IMG/VR virus record: IMGVR_UViG_3300032282_004873
Span: 1-54,383 of that record
Reading direction: 5' to 3' (one strand)
From: a virus
Taxonomy: Duplodnaviria > Caudoviricetes
Length of the DNA: 54,383 nucleotides
How positions within the stretch are numbered: the stretch's first letter is position 1; the number at the start of each line of letters is the position of its first letter. The notes beneath the pieces are model-generated. The model ran no database searches. It was given only the letters and a program-made list of their open reading frames with translations, and was not told the origin of the DNA. The translations under genes were made by a program, and so were the position numbers. Positions 38,101 to 47,272 of this stretch are shown one piece after another.

Positions 38101-39378
38101 TTTGAAGATATCAAAGAAAGAACTTCTGTAACGGATAGTCTCGTATCAAATACCGGTGGTCCTGGATCACCAGTTACAAATGTAAACGAAAAAGAGTTGA
38201 TTGTTTCTAATGCCATTATACCTTCAGAATACAATAGCTTAGTTTCATTCTTGACTTCAGCATCAAAATATTTAGAAGCAATACCAAGCATAAACAATCC
38301 GTCTTCTTTAATCAAAAGAAACAACAAGATAATAACCGTAGGAATTCCTGCTGGCTTTTCTCGTCAATTGACAGATCGTGTGAACATATCAGATATATCA
38401 AAACAAGGTTTGCAAGATAAGCAATCTGATGTTGTGGTAGTGAATGTTTACCCAGGAGATTTAAGATTTGGCGAATTGATATTGGCACCACTTAAATACA
38501 CTTTTGACTTGAGTCTTTTTATAACCAAAAAAGATATGTTGGATCTTAATGCTGTTAATGGAGAAAATTATGATGATTTAATTGCTCGCATTAAATTGAC
38601 CGATATGGAAGATCCTTTTAACGTAAAGAAGCTTGGTATAACTGAGATGTTACAAGACCAGAAATACAGTTTCTTAAACAACAACCAAAAGGGGGAAATA
38701 ATACGAAATCATTTGAACAGCTATCTTTTGGGAATATATATTAACTTTCTAACTGGACTAAAAATAAGTGAAGAGATATTCTTAAGTCCTCAAGATTCCG
38801 GAAAATCATTAACTGCAAAAGCTGCGACGGTGGCTAAAAATTATTTGGCACAGATCGGCGAAGTGACGCCGCAAAACTACACCAATACCGAAGCTATTCT
38901 GGCAGATAGCAGCCTATCAGATTCCGTCAAAGACACATACAGACTGTTAACATACGGAAGCCTAGTCTTTAACGCTGATGAAGTTAATAAGCTGGTAACA
39001 ACACCGAAACTATTTGACAGAACATTCAATATTCCAATAGACCTTAATCAGCTCGAGATAGATATGCCAGCGACTCTCAGTACAACTGCTGGTACTGAAG
39101 CTCTTAACAAAACCTATTATCAAAAATATATTCGTAGAGTAACGACGACAAATTCTGAAGGTGCTCTTTATGTAAAATCGTATCTCACCTCGGATGCCCT
39201 TAGTGATTTCATTATCAAGAATATATTTGTTTCTATAGAGACTGCAATTGATACTGAGGCACAAGACATACAAGCAGCAAAACAAGCTGCACCAACTAAT
39301 ACTATTGGGAAGAACGCAAGTTTACCTTCTTCAATATTTACAAAGGCAATATATAACAATCCAAATAAGATTATATAG
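35197..39378 (+). CDS. very large hypothetical virion protein (1393 aa)
   Basis: Intact long ORF; S/T/G low-complexity N-terminus, then apparently helical; no family recognised. Confidence 0.75.
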   Translation: MAKIKSTTGTSVFGLSVRGSTSKSGGITTQSTPSSGTPGFSGGPSTYITTKTAALSSNVAGTTGLGTTLLNTVLRSTTLPLKLPAMAFKRLSDSVYKNLDFVYKGDLVNYAKTTIQNSEFRPVSDSGVHEFRPEILSVLDFQPIWQPGAVTLQQDVVIRRNSDVGDMINFQFQTKQLRQETLLGLIKNIKDAASNGKDPFVDIRNEYLSQMRNVQQTLNYVDSVIDNINLIKNSLEIKKIPAESYQVLENSVNTKISPISDYFASRMQYRKEQYDAFSETKLMLQFFFDLQNMLENYSAGLLSLIDNDRKFDYSPTVLDKTYTLQNAFTFSIKNFSSTTGPINANSKDFFNKFINSLPAEPDQRIILLTYLLAKEYLISNGLGDSTNLNLLSSVGVNPDNASSIFSSIIGDVGNTIFELPKSPTNNSLASLMFIDSGDPNAKVLAFENKYIDSDDQKTLYVPGSSYFTDSIITSNGKAWNTKPYTDYANRFNSVVLNNRTLLENLLKFNVYDRSGNTEGSSGGTTKTQPSNITPAQLNQKFIKTIYSSFDKLTSDEESILATIGSLSTNYAEKIVLEQQQRSVRDALESETDPVRSAALNRINTRINNRLSDINVPEISNDVQVSTDQALLMAIFNLASSGYPELKLHLFQLCILAGLARNKDLNATNIFTLLANTEIKNSKDISELLTLSNIPTANGDLLSTIISSYTRNVSREITTILNNILTDSGRRPPGSKELQFYVETGDISNVLTRCAIGQGPSGNTNMISYFCNLAETIFDSAKINGINVHLLNDGTNRTRYNRLSLTTQLLFIFEILSQYALKYSSVRFGSIRRIELPAGIVEPVAGAESIGAATGIISINLNVNTNNLIQEAFENIINPIPDSDKPSQREQNEYYSSLENNQLRIINESNGVRDAIGILRIINDNLQNASSKIQNFFNQTDLQVFLANSPVSNLNLLQNFSQLRLSSYLFEDIKERTSVTDSLVSNTGGPGSPVTNVNEKELIVSNAIIPSEYNSLVSFLTSASKYLEAIPSINNPSSLIKRNNKIITVGIPAGFSRQLTDRVNISDISKQGLQDKQSDVVVVNVYPGDLRFGELILAPLKYTFDLSLFITKKDMLDLNAVNGENYDDLIARIKLTDMEDPFNVKKLGITEMLQDQKYSFLNNNQKGEIIRNHLNSYLLGIYINFLTGLKISEEIFLSPQDSGKSLTAKAATVAKNYLAQIGEVTPQNYTNTEAILADSSLSDSVKDTYRLLTYGSLVFNADEVNKLVTTPKLFDRTFNIPIDLNQLEIDMPATLSTTAGTEALNKTYYQKYIRRVTTTNSEGALYVKSYLTSDALSDFIIKNIFVSIETAIDTEAQDIQAAKQAAPTNTIGKNASLPSSIFTKAIYNNPNKII

Positions 39379-39398
39379 ATAAGAGCAAGAGATATCCG

Positions 39399-41294
39399 AT
39401 GACAATCTCATTACCATCAAAAAAGGCGATATTATTAGACGCACCAGGAGAATTAGACAGACTCAGTTTAGAGTTTGTTTATAATTTCTTTGTGCCGGAC
39501 GAATGCGTTAACGAACAACCGCAAAATACGTTACCAAATCTTATAAGACAGCAGTTGACTAGCACTACACAGAATGTGACTCTGCAAAACATATTGAAAC
39601 AAAGAAAATATGAACGCTACGTTCCTAGATACATTAATATCGGTTGGACTCCAGTAACCATAGGAATTCGTCCAGATCTTGTAGAAACAGTTTCAATAGC
39701 TGACAATATAGCCAAAGTACAAGATGAAGAAAGTCTCGCTGGTAACACTTTTAGCTCCGTTGCTTTTAGAGACAATGGTGTAGATGGAAAGGTTAATTTT
39801 GCCATCAAAAGATCCATGGAGGAAATGTTAAAATCGCAAGGAATCAAAAATCCAAGCGAACTTAACACTTCTCCGTTGGAAATGGTAAAGTTATTAAACA
39901 CAATTAGTACACAAGATGTACAAGGGAATTTCTTAGCTGAAAGCTTTGTAAATCTTAAAACTGCTGGTATTGATTTTATTGACAAGCCTAAACTTGATGC
40001 AACGATTCAATCTATAGCTGATGAACTTCGCAACGTCAAACTAAAGACGAATTTGAATAATAAATTCATAGGAACGATCCTTAAGTCAGCAACTCAAGAA
40101 GTAGACAATATATTTGGTGACGAAACGTTATCTATATTGCCGGGCGCTCAAGATACACAAGAAAAAACAATCGCTCAAAATCCATCTTATATTGTAAATG
40201 CCAAAGATTACCAAATAGACCTTAACAACTATATAGCATTTGAGCCAAAAACAAAAGAAACAGACGTAATATATCAGATTATTGGCTATATCATTAATAA
40301 AGTTGAATATCCTTATAATGGTCAACCAATAACTAAAGGCGCAATTGTAATAGAAAATCCTACAATAGCAAACTTTACTGATTTAAACATCAAATATGGA
40401 ACAAAATATGGGTATAGCATACGCTCTGTATTCCTACTAAAAATCCCTGGTATAGAAGAAACTACAGGTCAATCTGGTTTGATATCTTTTTTAATATCGT
40501 CACAGGCTAGCCCAGAGTTTATCATAGATTGCAGAGAAGTAAGACCCCCAAATCCTCCTACAGATTTTAATATTGGCTGGGACTACGAGAGAAATATGCC
40601 CAGAATAACTTGGGGATTTCCTGTTGACAGTCAAAGGGACGTAAAATATTTTCAGTTATTCCGCAGAGCAAATATCAACCAACCGTATCAATTGATTAAG
40701 ATGTATGCTTTTAATGACAGCATAACGCCATTGGCAGTTGAACAATTACCGGAATACAACATCAATCCGGAAGTGGTTGAAAATCTAAGAACTGAAGATG
40801 GGTCTGCGTCTGCAAAGAACTATTATTTAGATCCAGAATTTCAAAAAGAAACAACGGCAATATATACGGTTTGTGCTATAGATGCTCATGGTTTAAGTTC
40901 GAACTACTCAACACAGATTGAGATTTCATTTGACAAGTTTAAGAATAAAATTGTCAAAAAGTTGATTTCGGTTGCAGGATCTCCAAAAGCTTACCCTAAC
41001 TTCTTTTTAAATCAAGATACGTTTGTTGATTCAATCAGAACAAATAATGCATCAAAACTATCTATTTATTTCAATCCGGAATATTTAAAGGTGTTTGATC
41101 GTGCAGGAAATGATTTGAAATTAATCAAGACAGATATTAGTGCGACATATAAACTACAGATGATTAACGTAGATTTGCAAAAAGATTATATAATAGACAT
41201 AGCTGTTAAAGAAACGTCTGATCCTATACCTACAAACGTTAATCAAATAAAGCCGCCAGATATAAACACAATTCAGGTAACTAAGTTAAGATGA
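39399..41294 (+). CDS. virion protein with FN3-like domains
   Basis: IIGYII.K...F.D..IKYG..Y.YSIRSV; PP.PP.DF....ITW.FP...QRDVKYFQLFRR...IY.VCAIDAHGLSSNYS. Confidence 0.6.
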   Translation: MTISLPSKKAILLDAPGELDRLSLEFVYNFFVPDECVNEQPQNTLPNLIRQQLTSTTQNVTLQNILKQRKYERYVPRYINIGWTPVTIGIRPDLVETVSIADNIAKVQDEESLAGNTFSSVAFRDNGVDGKVNFAIKRSMEEMLKSQGIKNPSELNTSPLEMVKLLNTISTQDVQGNFLAESFVNLKTAGIDFIDKPKLDATIQSIADELRNVKLKTNLNNKFIGTILKSATQEVDNIFGDETLSILPGAQDTQEKTIAQNPSYIVNAKDYQIDLNNYIAFEPKTKETDVIYQIIGYIINKVEYPYNGQPITKGAIVIENPTIANFTDLNIKYGTKYGYSIRSVFLLKIPGIEETTGQSGLISFLISSQASPEFIIDCREVRPPNPPTDFNIGWDYERNMPRITWGFPVDSQRDVKYFQLFRRANINQPYQLIKMYAFNDSITPLAVEQLPEYNINPEVVENLRTEDGSASAKNYYLDPEFQKETTAIYTVCAIDAHGLSSNYSTQIEISFDKFKNKIVKKLISVAGSPKAYPNFFLNQDTFVDSIRTNNASKLSIYFNPEYLKVFDRAGNDLKLIKTDISATYKLQMINVDLQKDYIIDIAVKETSDPIPTNVNQIKPPDINTIQVTKLR

Positions 41295-41311
41295 TTAGAT
41301 GGAGTTAATAT

Positions 41312-42010
41312 ATGGGATTTTTACAGGGCGATACAAATAATATAATCTTAGATGCTGTTCTTACCGACACAGGACGTAGATTCTTGGCTAAGAACGATGG
41401 CAGCTTCTCAACTATCAAGTTTGCTCTTGGTGATGATGAAGTAGATTATGGTATCATTACAAAGTTTGGAAGAACTGTCGGTAAAGAAAAGATTGAGAAA
41501 AACACTCCAATCTTTGAAGCCTTGACAAATGGTTCTTTAGCACAGAAATATCGTTGTATTTCTGTTTCAAATCCAAATCTAGTTAGATTGCCTAACATTC
41601 AACTAGAAACTGGATTGACAACTGTAGCTTTAGGAACAACAAGCACAAAAACAAAGGTATTGAATCTACAACAAAATATCGTTAACGAGAATCAGATTGA
41701 CGATGAATTAGTTGATCAATCCTTTATAGTTGAAATGAATAATTTGTTCTTATATGTTGTTGGATTTTCCCCAGATAATATTGACAGCCAAAGAAAAGCC
41801 ACATACATTTTAACAAGACAACAAGCTACAACAAGCCTTGGCGGAGCAAGATTATCATTCCAAATTGGCACCCAAGCAATAACAGATACTCAGTTTCAAA
41901 TTTATGGGGCTGCTAATAATAAACAACAGATTAACACGTATGTAAAAGTATCCGGTGTCCAATCCGGTGCAGTTTTAGAATTTTTAGTTCAAATTACTCA
42001 AGGAACTTGA
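41312..42010 (+). CDS. virion/baseplate protein with tail-collar-like N-terminus
   Basis: LDAVLTDTGRRFLA...KFALGDDEVDY...TPIFEA; GGAG upstream. Confidence 0.65.
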   Translation: MGFLQGDTNNIILDAVLTDTGRRFLAKNDGSFSTIKFALGDDEVDYGIITKFGRTVGKEKIEKNTPIFEALTNGSLAQKYRCISVSNPNLVRLPNIQLETGLTTVALGTTSTKTKVLNLQQNIVNENQIDDELVDQSFIVEMNNLFLYVVGFSPDNIDSQRKATYILTRQQATTSLGGARLSFQIGTQAITDTQFQIYGAANNKQQINTYVKVSGVQSGAVLEFLVQITQGT

Positions 42011-42034
42011 TCATAGAGAGGCATTAGATCAGAT

Positions 42035-43219
42035 ATGGCTACCTTTAAAGAATTCGCAGCAGAAGACATTAGAACAACCACTTCGTTTTTAAATCAATTG
42101 GTTGATATTCTAGGTGCAGATATTTCCGGTTCATCTACCAGAAAACAATATCAAGTTTTCGTTACTGGAGGTCTTGGACCAGGAGTAACTTCTTCATTGT
42201 TTCAAACCGTATTTGATCAAGATTTTACATTACAAACTGCCAATCCTATTTTTGATATTACGTATGGCTTTTCAACTGGTTCCGATTATGTAAACAATTA
42301 TACGATTGATGCGAATGGGAAATATATCTTTGGTTCTAATACTCTCATGATGAGAGAGAAGCTTGACATCTATCGGCTATTTGCTCGTGAACTTCTTGGT
42401 AACGAAGAATCAGAATTCATTGCTCAGGCGAGCGGTTCAAATACTGCAAACACAATTAAAGAAGCGGCATTCATATGTTTTAAGCGTTTGTTTGCACGTG
42501 ATAAAGTTAAAAGAGAAACAACAGCAATCAGATTCTTTATGTCAGCTTCTGGAAATGGCGTTGCCGTTCCGACTCCTACTGACGTTAAAAACAATATTGT
42601 CATTCCAGGTGTTAGCGCATCTATTCTCACAGACATTGGTTCAAGTGTTAATCGTCTATTCCTTCAAGGTGGAGAGGTTTCTACCATAGTAGATTCTGCA
42701 AATACAACAAATGCACTAGGTCTTCTTTTCCTTGACCGTGGTATCATGGTTCTAGATATGTCACGAAGCTTTGATCAAAAGACTTATATCTCTGGCGCAA
42801 TCAGCTCCGTACAGTATACAACTGGCATTAATCCAAATATGTCTGCTTCCATACTAAACTTTGCAGCAAGCGCCTCAATAGATGATTTCCTTGATCATCT
42901 ATGCTCAACAAGATTTACATCGTCAAATGAGACTTCTATTACATTCCAGAATATAACAAATATTAACAGTAGCATTTTCTTCTGCCGAGCTGCTGCTGAT
43001 GAATTCAACTATTCTTCTAACCCAACATTTACAGATGAAAATAACAGAATAGTTGTTATTGATGCTGGTCAAGAAGTTGAACAGAAATCTTTCGTATTTG
43101 CAACATCAATCGGAATGTATGATGCATCTGATAATCTTCTTGCAGTTGCAAAACTTTCACGTCCAGTTCTTAAAGATGACGAACGTGATATCACATTTAA
43201 AGTCCGACTTGATTTCTGA
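42035..43219 (+). CDS. virion structural protein (paralogue of 43228..45555 C-terminus)
   Basis: C-terminal EFNYSSNPTF...TSIGMYD..DNLLAVAKLSRPVLK...KVRLDF. Confidence 0.7.
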   Translation: MATFKEFAAEDIRTTTSFLNQLVDILGADISGSSTRKQYQVFVTGGLGPGVTSSLFQTVFDQDFTLQTANPIFDITYGFSTGSDYVNNYTIDANGKYIFGSNTLMMREKLDIYRLFARELLGNEESEFIAQASGSNTANTIKEAAFICFKRLFARDKVKRETTAIRFFMSASGNGVAVPTPTDVKNNIVIPGVSASILTDIGSSVNRLFLQGGEVSTIVDSANTTNALGLLFLDRGIMVLDMSRSFDQKTYISGAISSVQYTTGINPNMSASILNFAASASIDDFLDHLCSTRFTSSNETSITFQNITNINSSIFFCRAAADEFNYSSNPTFTDENNRIVVIDAGQEVEQKSFVFATSIGMYDASDNLLAVAKLSRPVLKDDERDITFKVRLDF

Positions 43220-43227
43220 TATATGAT

Positions 43228-45555
43228 ATGTCAATACAAAAAGTTACAGCAGATGATTTTGAAACGTTTACCCTAGTAACAAACCCAAGAAGAACATACG
43301 TATCTTCTTCTGTTAACGGGGTGACTGGTTCTGTCAATTTATTTGCCAGACGTTCTGAGATTCAAAAAGAAATATATCCGCTATCGCTTTTTAGTGCCAG
43401 CTTATATAACGATCAAAATTTAGACGAATTGCGTAAAGATATACTGTCTTTAACCAGTTCGAATATAACCAGCAGTATTGAAACATATCTTAATGCAGTT
43501 AATGCACAACAAACATCTGCACGTCTAAATCAAAAGTTAGAAATAATAAGATTTGATCCGCCATTTCGTTTCAACTCAAATACAGGCAGAAAGCTAACTG
43601 TTATCAATACTTTGATGCCTTATTACAGGACAAAGTATCCGACAGCAAATTTCTCTTACACCAATTATCATTGCTTAAACTTTTACTCGGCAAGTAATGT
43701 TCCGACAGGTTCTGTATATCTATATCCAAATCCTTTTAGAGAAGACGACAACTCAATAACTCAATATGGGTTCTCTGGTTCCTTCTCTTTTGATTTTTGG
43801 ATTAAGCCAAAGTATTCAAGTGTAAATGGAAAATATCAGCCTGGTACAATAATGCACTTAACAAACTCATATGCTTTGAGTTTGGTGTCAGGTTCTGCAA
43901 GGGATATTAATGGTAATACTTCAGGGTTCCGAATATTGTTGCAACTATCAAGTTCGGCAGATATAGCTCCCGATGCTATTACTCCTGGTACTTACGCAAT
44001 ATTTTCAAATGACAATTCTATTCCTATTAATGAATGGAGCCATGTTACTGTAAGATGGGGCGGACCAAGTTACAACTATGGAACCGGTTCTTTTATTATT
44101 AACGGAGTACAGCAAGGTCTATTCGTCATAACTGCTAGTATGGCAGTTGGTGTAACTGGTTCTGGTATAAAGCCGGATCCTTATGTAATGGCTGTAGGAA
44201 ACTATTATCAAGGTTCAAATTACGGAACAGATTCATTGTCATGGTTCTTTTCACATCCGGTTGCCTACAGAGAAGGTTTGTACGAATTAGAAACAGACCC
44301 ATCCCAGGAACAGCCAATTAGATACAGCTTCAATTATCCATTGAAAGCTGAAGTTCATGAGCTTAAGCTATATGACAAATATCTAAATAATTCAGAAATA
44401 GAATCTTTGTCCACCAAAGGACCAGAGTTGGAAACAAATCTTAGATTCTATCTACCTCCATTCTTCACAGAAGAAAGTCCATATCGTCGTTTTGACGGAA
44501 TGCAAGGGGGAATTCCTGTAACTCCATTTTTCGGAAAAGATGGAACAACATATCAACCATTCGCAACTGATATGGCATTTGGTTGTGGTGGGCATTTTAT
44601 TAATCTAGAAAATTACGTAAGAGATTTTGCTACAGGACGTTATCCAAGATTACTGAATTTGACTTCTAGTTTTTATAATCAGACTACACCGGTCGCATTG
44701 TCAGCAAATGCATATCTGTACTCAACCGGTTCTAATATTAAAAGACAATATTCAATACTTCCTAATGATAATGGCAAGTTTTATCCAAATTTCAATCTTT
44801 TAAGACCATTAAGCGGCTCTACATTTGTTGATGATTTAGGGATATATACGCCAGGACTTATATCATTGAGGAACATGATTACTGGAACGTTTCCTGCTGA
44901 TGTTCTTGTGGAACAGAATAGCATAGGCGCAGCTCTTGCTGGTGGAAATAATCCGGAAGATTTTGGTAGCGTACCGGGGACTAGTCTTACAATTTATAAT
45001 AGAACCAAAGATGGTACCAGCAATCAAATCGTATTTTTTGATATAAGCAATATGTTCTATGGAAATAGAATTAATCCTGGCACATTTGTAATGACAGATT
45101 CAGATTTAAGTGGCTCGAGCGGGTCCGTTGGATTAGTTATTAAGGATGATTTGTATGGAAATCTCTATCGTGCTGATGTAACTGGCTCCTGTGCTACATG
45201 GGCATCAATCGGCAATATATTTTATGATGAAGGAATCATTCTACTTAAAATGCCTCAACTATATTTCTTTGGTTCAAAGCAATATTATATAGAATTTCAA
45301 GGCATTCAGAATATTCACGTATTAACGGTTAATGCATATGCTCGTCCGTTACAACTTATAAGTTCTTCATATGCCGCATATCAAACTGGCTCAATTGATG
45401 ATGTTTCAAATAATACCGATGATAGCTACGTATTCATTTCTAACGTTCTCCTTCATGACGATAATCTAAACGTCATTGGAAGAACATCTGTAGCTCAACC
45501 GATCCTTAAGAGAAGCGGCGATAAGTTCCTCTTTAAGATCAAAATGGACTATTGA
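43228..45555 (+). CDS. virion structural protein with LamG-like domain
   Basis: FSFDFWIKP...NEWSHV...ING...HELKLY (LamG-like); C-terminal GNIFY.EG...ISNVLLHDDNLNVI....AQPILK...KIKMDY. Confidence 0.7.
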   Translation: MSIQKVTADDFETFTLVTNPRRTYVSSSVNGVTGSVNLFARRSEIQKEIYPLSLFSASLYNDQNLDELRKDILSLTSSNITSSIETYLNAVNAQQTSARLNQKLEIIRFDPPFRFNSNTGRKLTVINTLMPYYRTKYPTANFSYTNYHCLNFYSASNVPTGSVYLYPNPFREDDNSITQYGFSGSFSFDFWIKPKYSSVNGKYQPGTIMHLTNSYALSLVSGSARDINGNTSGFRILLQLSSSADIAPDAITPGTYAIFSNDNSIPINEWSHVTVRWGGPSYNYGTGSFIINGVQQGLFVITASMAVGVTGSGIKPDPYVMAVGNYYQGSNYGTDSLSWFFSHPVAYREGLYELETDPSQEQPIRYSFNYPLKAEVHELKLYDKYLNNSEIESLSTKGPELETNLRFYLPPFFTEESPYRRFDGMQGGIPVTPFFGKDGTTYQPFATDMAFGCGGHFINLENYVRDFATGRYPRLLNLTSSFYNQTTPVALSANAYLYSTGSNIKRQYSILPNDNGKFYPNFNLLRPLSGSTFVDDLGIYTPGLISLRNMITGTFPADVLVEQNSIGAALAGGNNPEDFGSVPGTSLTIYNRTKDGTSNQIVFFDISNMFYGNRINPGTFVMTDSDLSGSSGSVGLVIKDDLYGNLYRADVTGSCATWASIGNIFYDEGIILLKMPQLYFFGSKQYYIEFQGIQNIHVLTVNAYARPLQLISSSYAAYQTGSIDDVSNNTDDSYVFISNVLLHDDNLNVIGRTSVAQPILKRSGDKFLFKIKMDY

Positions 45556-45588
45556 GTTAGTGTAATATATAATACCCATATAACCTCT

Positions 45589-45625
45589 TCTAATTGGTAG
45601 GGTTCCACTTATCATCTAATTGGTA
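45589..45625 (+). repeat. 11-bp direct repeat TCTAATTGGTA x2
   Basis: Exact copies at 45589-45599 and 45615-45625, upstream of ATG 45628. Confidence 0.7.
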
Positions 45626-45627
45626 TT

Positions 45628-46116
45628 ATGACTAAAACAACTACTAAGAAAACCCCTACAAAACGTAGAAAGAGAACCCGTAAGGGCAAGAGACAATCTC
45701 ACTATATTACGGGCACACATATATCACCAAAATCTCCCCGTCCTATTCAATATCGGTCTTCATGGGAGTTGTATGTCTGTAAACATTTTGATGAAGATCC
45801 TCAGATCACATCATATGATTATGAGCCATATAAAATAGCTTATACATCAAATGCAAGGTCTGGTAGGGTTAGATTTTATATACCGGATTTTGTTGTTAAC
45901 TACGCTGATGGCTCTCAGAAGATTATTGAAGTCAAACGAAACTCTGCGTTGAATAATATTACGGTAGTAAAGAAAGCAGAGGCAGCAAGAAGATGGTGCG
46001 AAAGTCTAACAAAAAAGGGAAGGTTGACGACATACGAGTTTTGGACGGAGACGATAATATTCCCGATCCGAGCACGGTTTCTTCTTCTGGAGAAACAGCA
46101 ACAGAAAAAAGAGTAG
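45628..46116 (+). CDS. head completion nuclease, T4 gp4-like (TnsA-like fold)
   Basis: YRSSWE....FD..P....YE...I.Y......FYIPDF.V......IIEVK...K..AA..WC. Confidence 0.8.
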   Translation: MTKTTTKKTPTKRRKRTRKGKRQSHYITGTHISPKSPRPIQYRSSWELYVCKHFDEDPQITSYDYEPYKIAYTSNARSGRVRFYIPDFVVNYADGSQKIIEVKRNSALNNITVVKKAEAARRWCESLTKKGRLTTYEFWTETIIFPIRARFLLLEKQQQKKE

Positions 46117-46658
46117 TAGATTTAGGTCTTGATATATCCACGTCTGTAGTTGGCATATGTGTGTTAGATAGCAAGACCGGTCAACTTATAAAGCTTACTC
46201 ATAAGAAGCTTGTTAAGTTTGAAGATGAATATGAGAAGGCAGATAACTTCCTTTCAGATTGGGTAGAACCATCTTGGAAAGTTCGCCGCATATACATTGA
46301 GGAAGCCGCCAAAAAATTTACACCTGGTTTTTCCTCTGCTGACACAATAATGACACTAGGACGTTTCAATGGCATTCTTTCTTATATGGTTTATCAGTTA
46401 TTTGGCGTTAAACCTATTATGGTTAATGTTCGCTCTGCCCGCTCTAAGCTTAACATTAAAATAGATTATAAAGATAAATCTTCATCCACGAAAGACAAGG
46501 TTTTTCTTATTGTTAGAACTTTAAATCCCAGTTTTCCGTGGATAATCCGTGAGGCTAAAACTGGACAGTTTAAAGGTCAAATGATATATGATAAGGTTAA
46601 CGAAGATATGTGTGATGCATGGGTTTTATGCAGAGCAGGTATGTTATTAAATCCCTAA
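45993..46658 (+). CDS. RuvC-like Holliday junction resolvase
   Basis: LGLDISTSVVG, IYIEE, TLGRFNG, KD.V, EDMCDA; start uncertain (overlaps the upstream gene by 124 nt if ATG 45993 is used). Confidence 0.75.
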   Translation: MVRKSNKKGKVDDIRVLDGDDNIPDPSTVSSSGETATEKRVVDLGLDISTSVVGICVLDSKTGQLIKLTHKKLVKFEDEYEKADNFLSDWVEPSWKVRRIYIEEAAKKFTPGFSSADTIMTLGRFNGILSYMVYQLFGVKPIMVNVRSARSKLNIKIDYKDKSSSTKDKVFLIVRTLNPSFPWIIREAKTGQFKGQMIYDKVNEDMCDAWVLCRAGMLLNP

Positions 46659-46662
46659 TATT

Positions 46663-47271
46663 ATGTCGGCAACAAAGAAAAATTCTAACAAGCGTATAGA
46701 GAACGATTATTATCCAACTCCAAGTTGGTGCGTTGATCGTCTATTAGATGTTCTTCCTATTAAGGACGGCAACTGGTTAGAGCCTGCTGCTGGTGATGGG
46801 GCTATTATACGGGCTGTAGGAGCGCACAAAACCTTTATGCCTACTTGGACTGCTGTAGAGCTACAGGATAGGTTTAAAAGCGTTCTAGAGGCTTCTGTAG
46901 ACCCAAGCCGGGTTCATATAGAAAGCTTCTTGGATGCCCCATTATCTAAAGAATATGATGTTGTTATAACAAATCCACCATTTTCAAAAGCATTAGAGTT
47001 TATAAAGAAGTCAATAGAGTTGGAGCCAGAATATGTCTGTATGTTATTACGACTTAACTTCATGGGTAGCGGTGAGCGGTCAGATTTTCTCCGAAAATAC
47101 ACCCCAGATATCTATGTCATTCCAAATCGTCCGTCATTTAACGGTAAGGGAACTGATAGCATTGAGTATGCTTGGTTTGTTTGGGATAGGAATAAAGATT
47201 ATGGATCTTCTGGATCGGGACTGATAAAGATCCTTAAGGATACAGATGTAAAAATCCGAAAGAAGAAGTGA
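46663..47271 (+). CDS. DNA amino-methyltransferase (m6A/m4C), orphan
   Basis: DYYPTP, WLEPAAGDG (motif I), VITNPPF (motif IV), LLRLNF, YAWFVW. Confidence 0.85.
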   Translation: MSATKKNSNKRIENDYYPTPSWCVDRLLDVLPIKDGNWLEPAAGDGAIIRAVGAHKTFMPTWTAVELQDRFKSVLEASVDPSRVHIESFLDAPLSKEYDVVITNPPFSKALEFIKKSIELEPEYVCMLLRLNFMGSGERSDFLRKYTPDIYVIPNRPSFNGKGTDSIEYAWFVWDRNKDYGSSGSGLIKILKDTDVKIRKKK

Positions 47272-47272
47272 T

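Noticed and set aside
18125-45555. Extracellular contractile injection system or T6SS
   Set aside because: Terminase, head-completion nuclease, primase and gp46/47 on the same strand indicate a true phage.
45628-46116. Tn7-like transposon (TnsA)
   Set aside because: No TnsB/TnsC or transposon ends; the YRSSWE motif and context match T4 gp4-like head completion nucleases.
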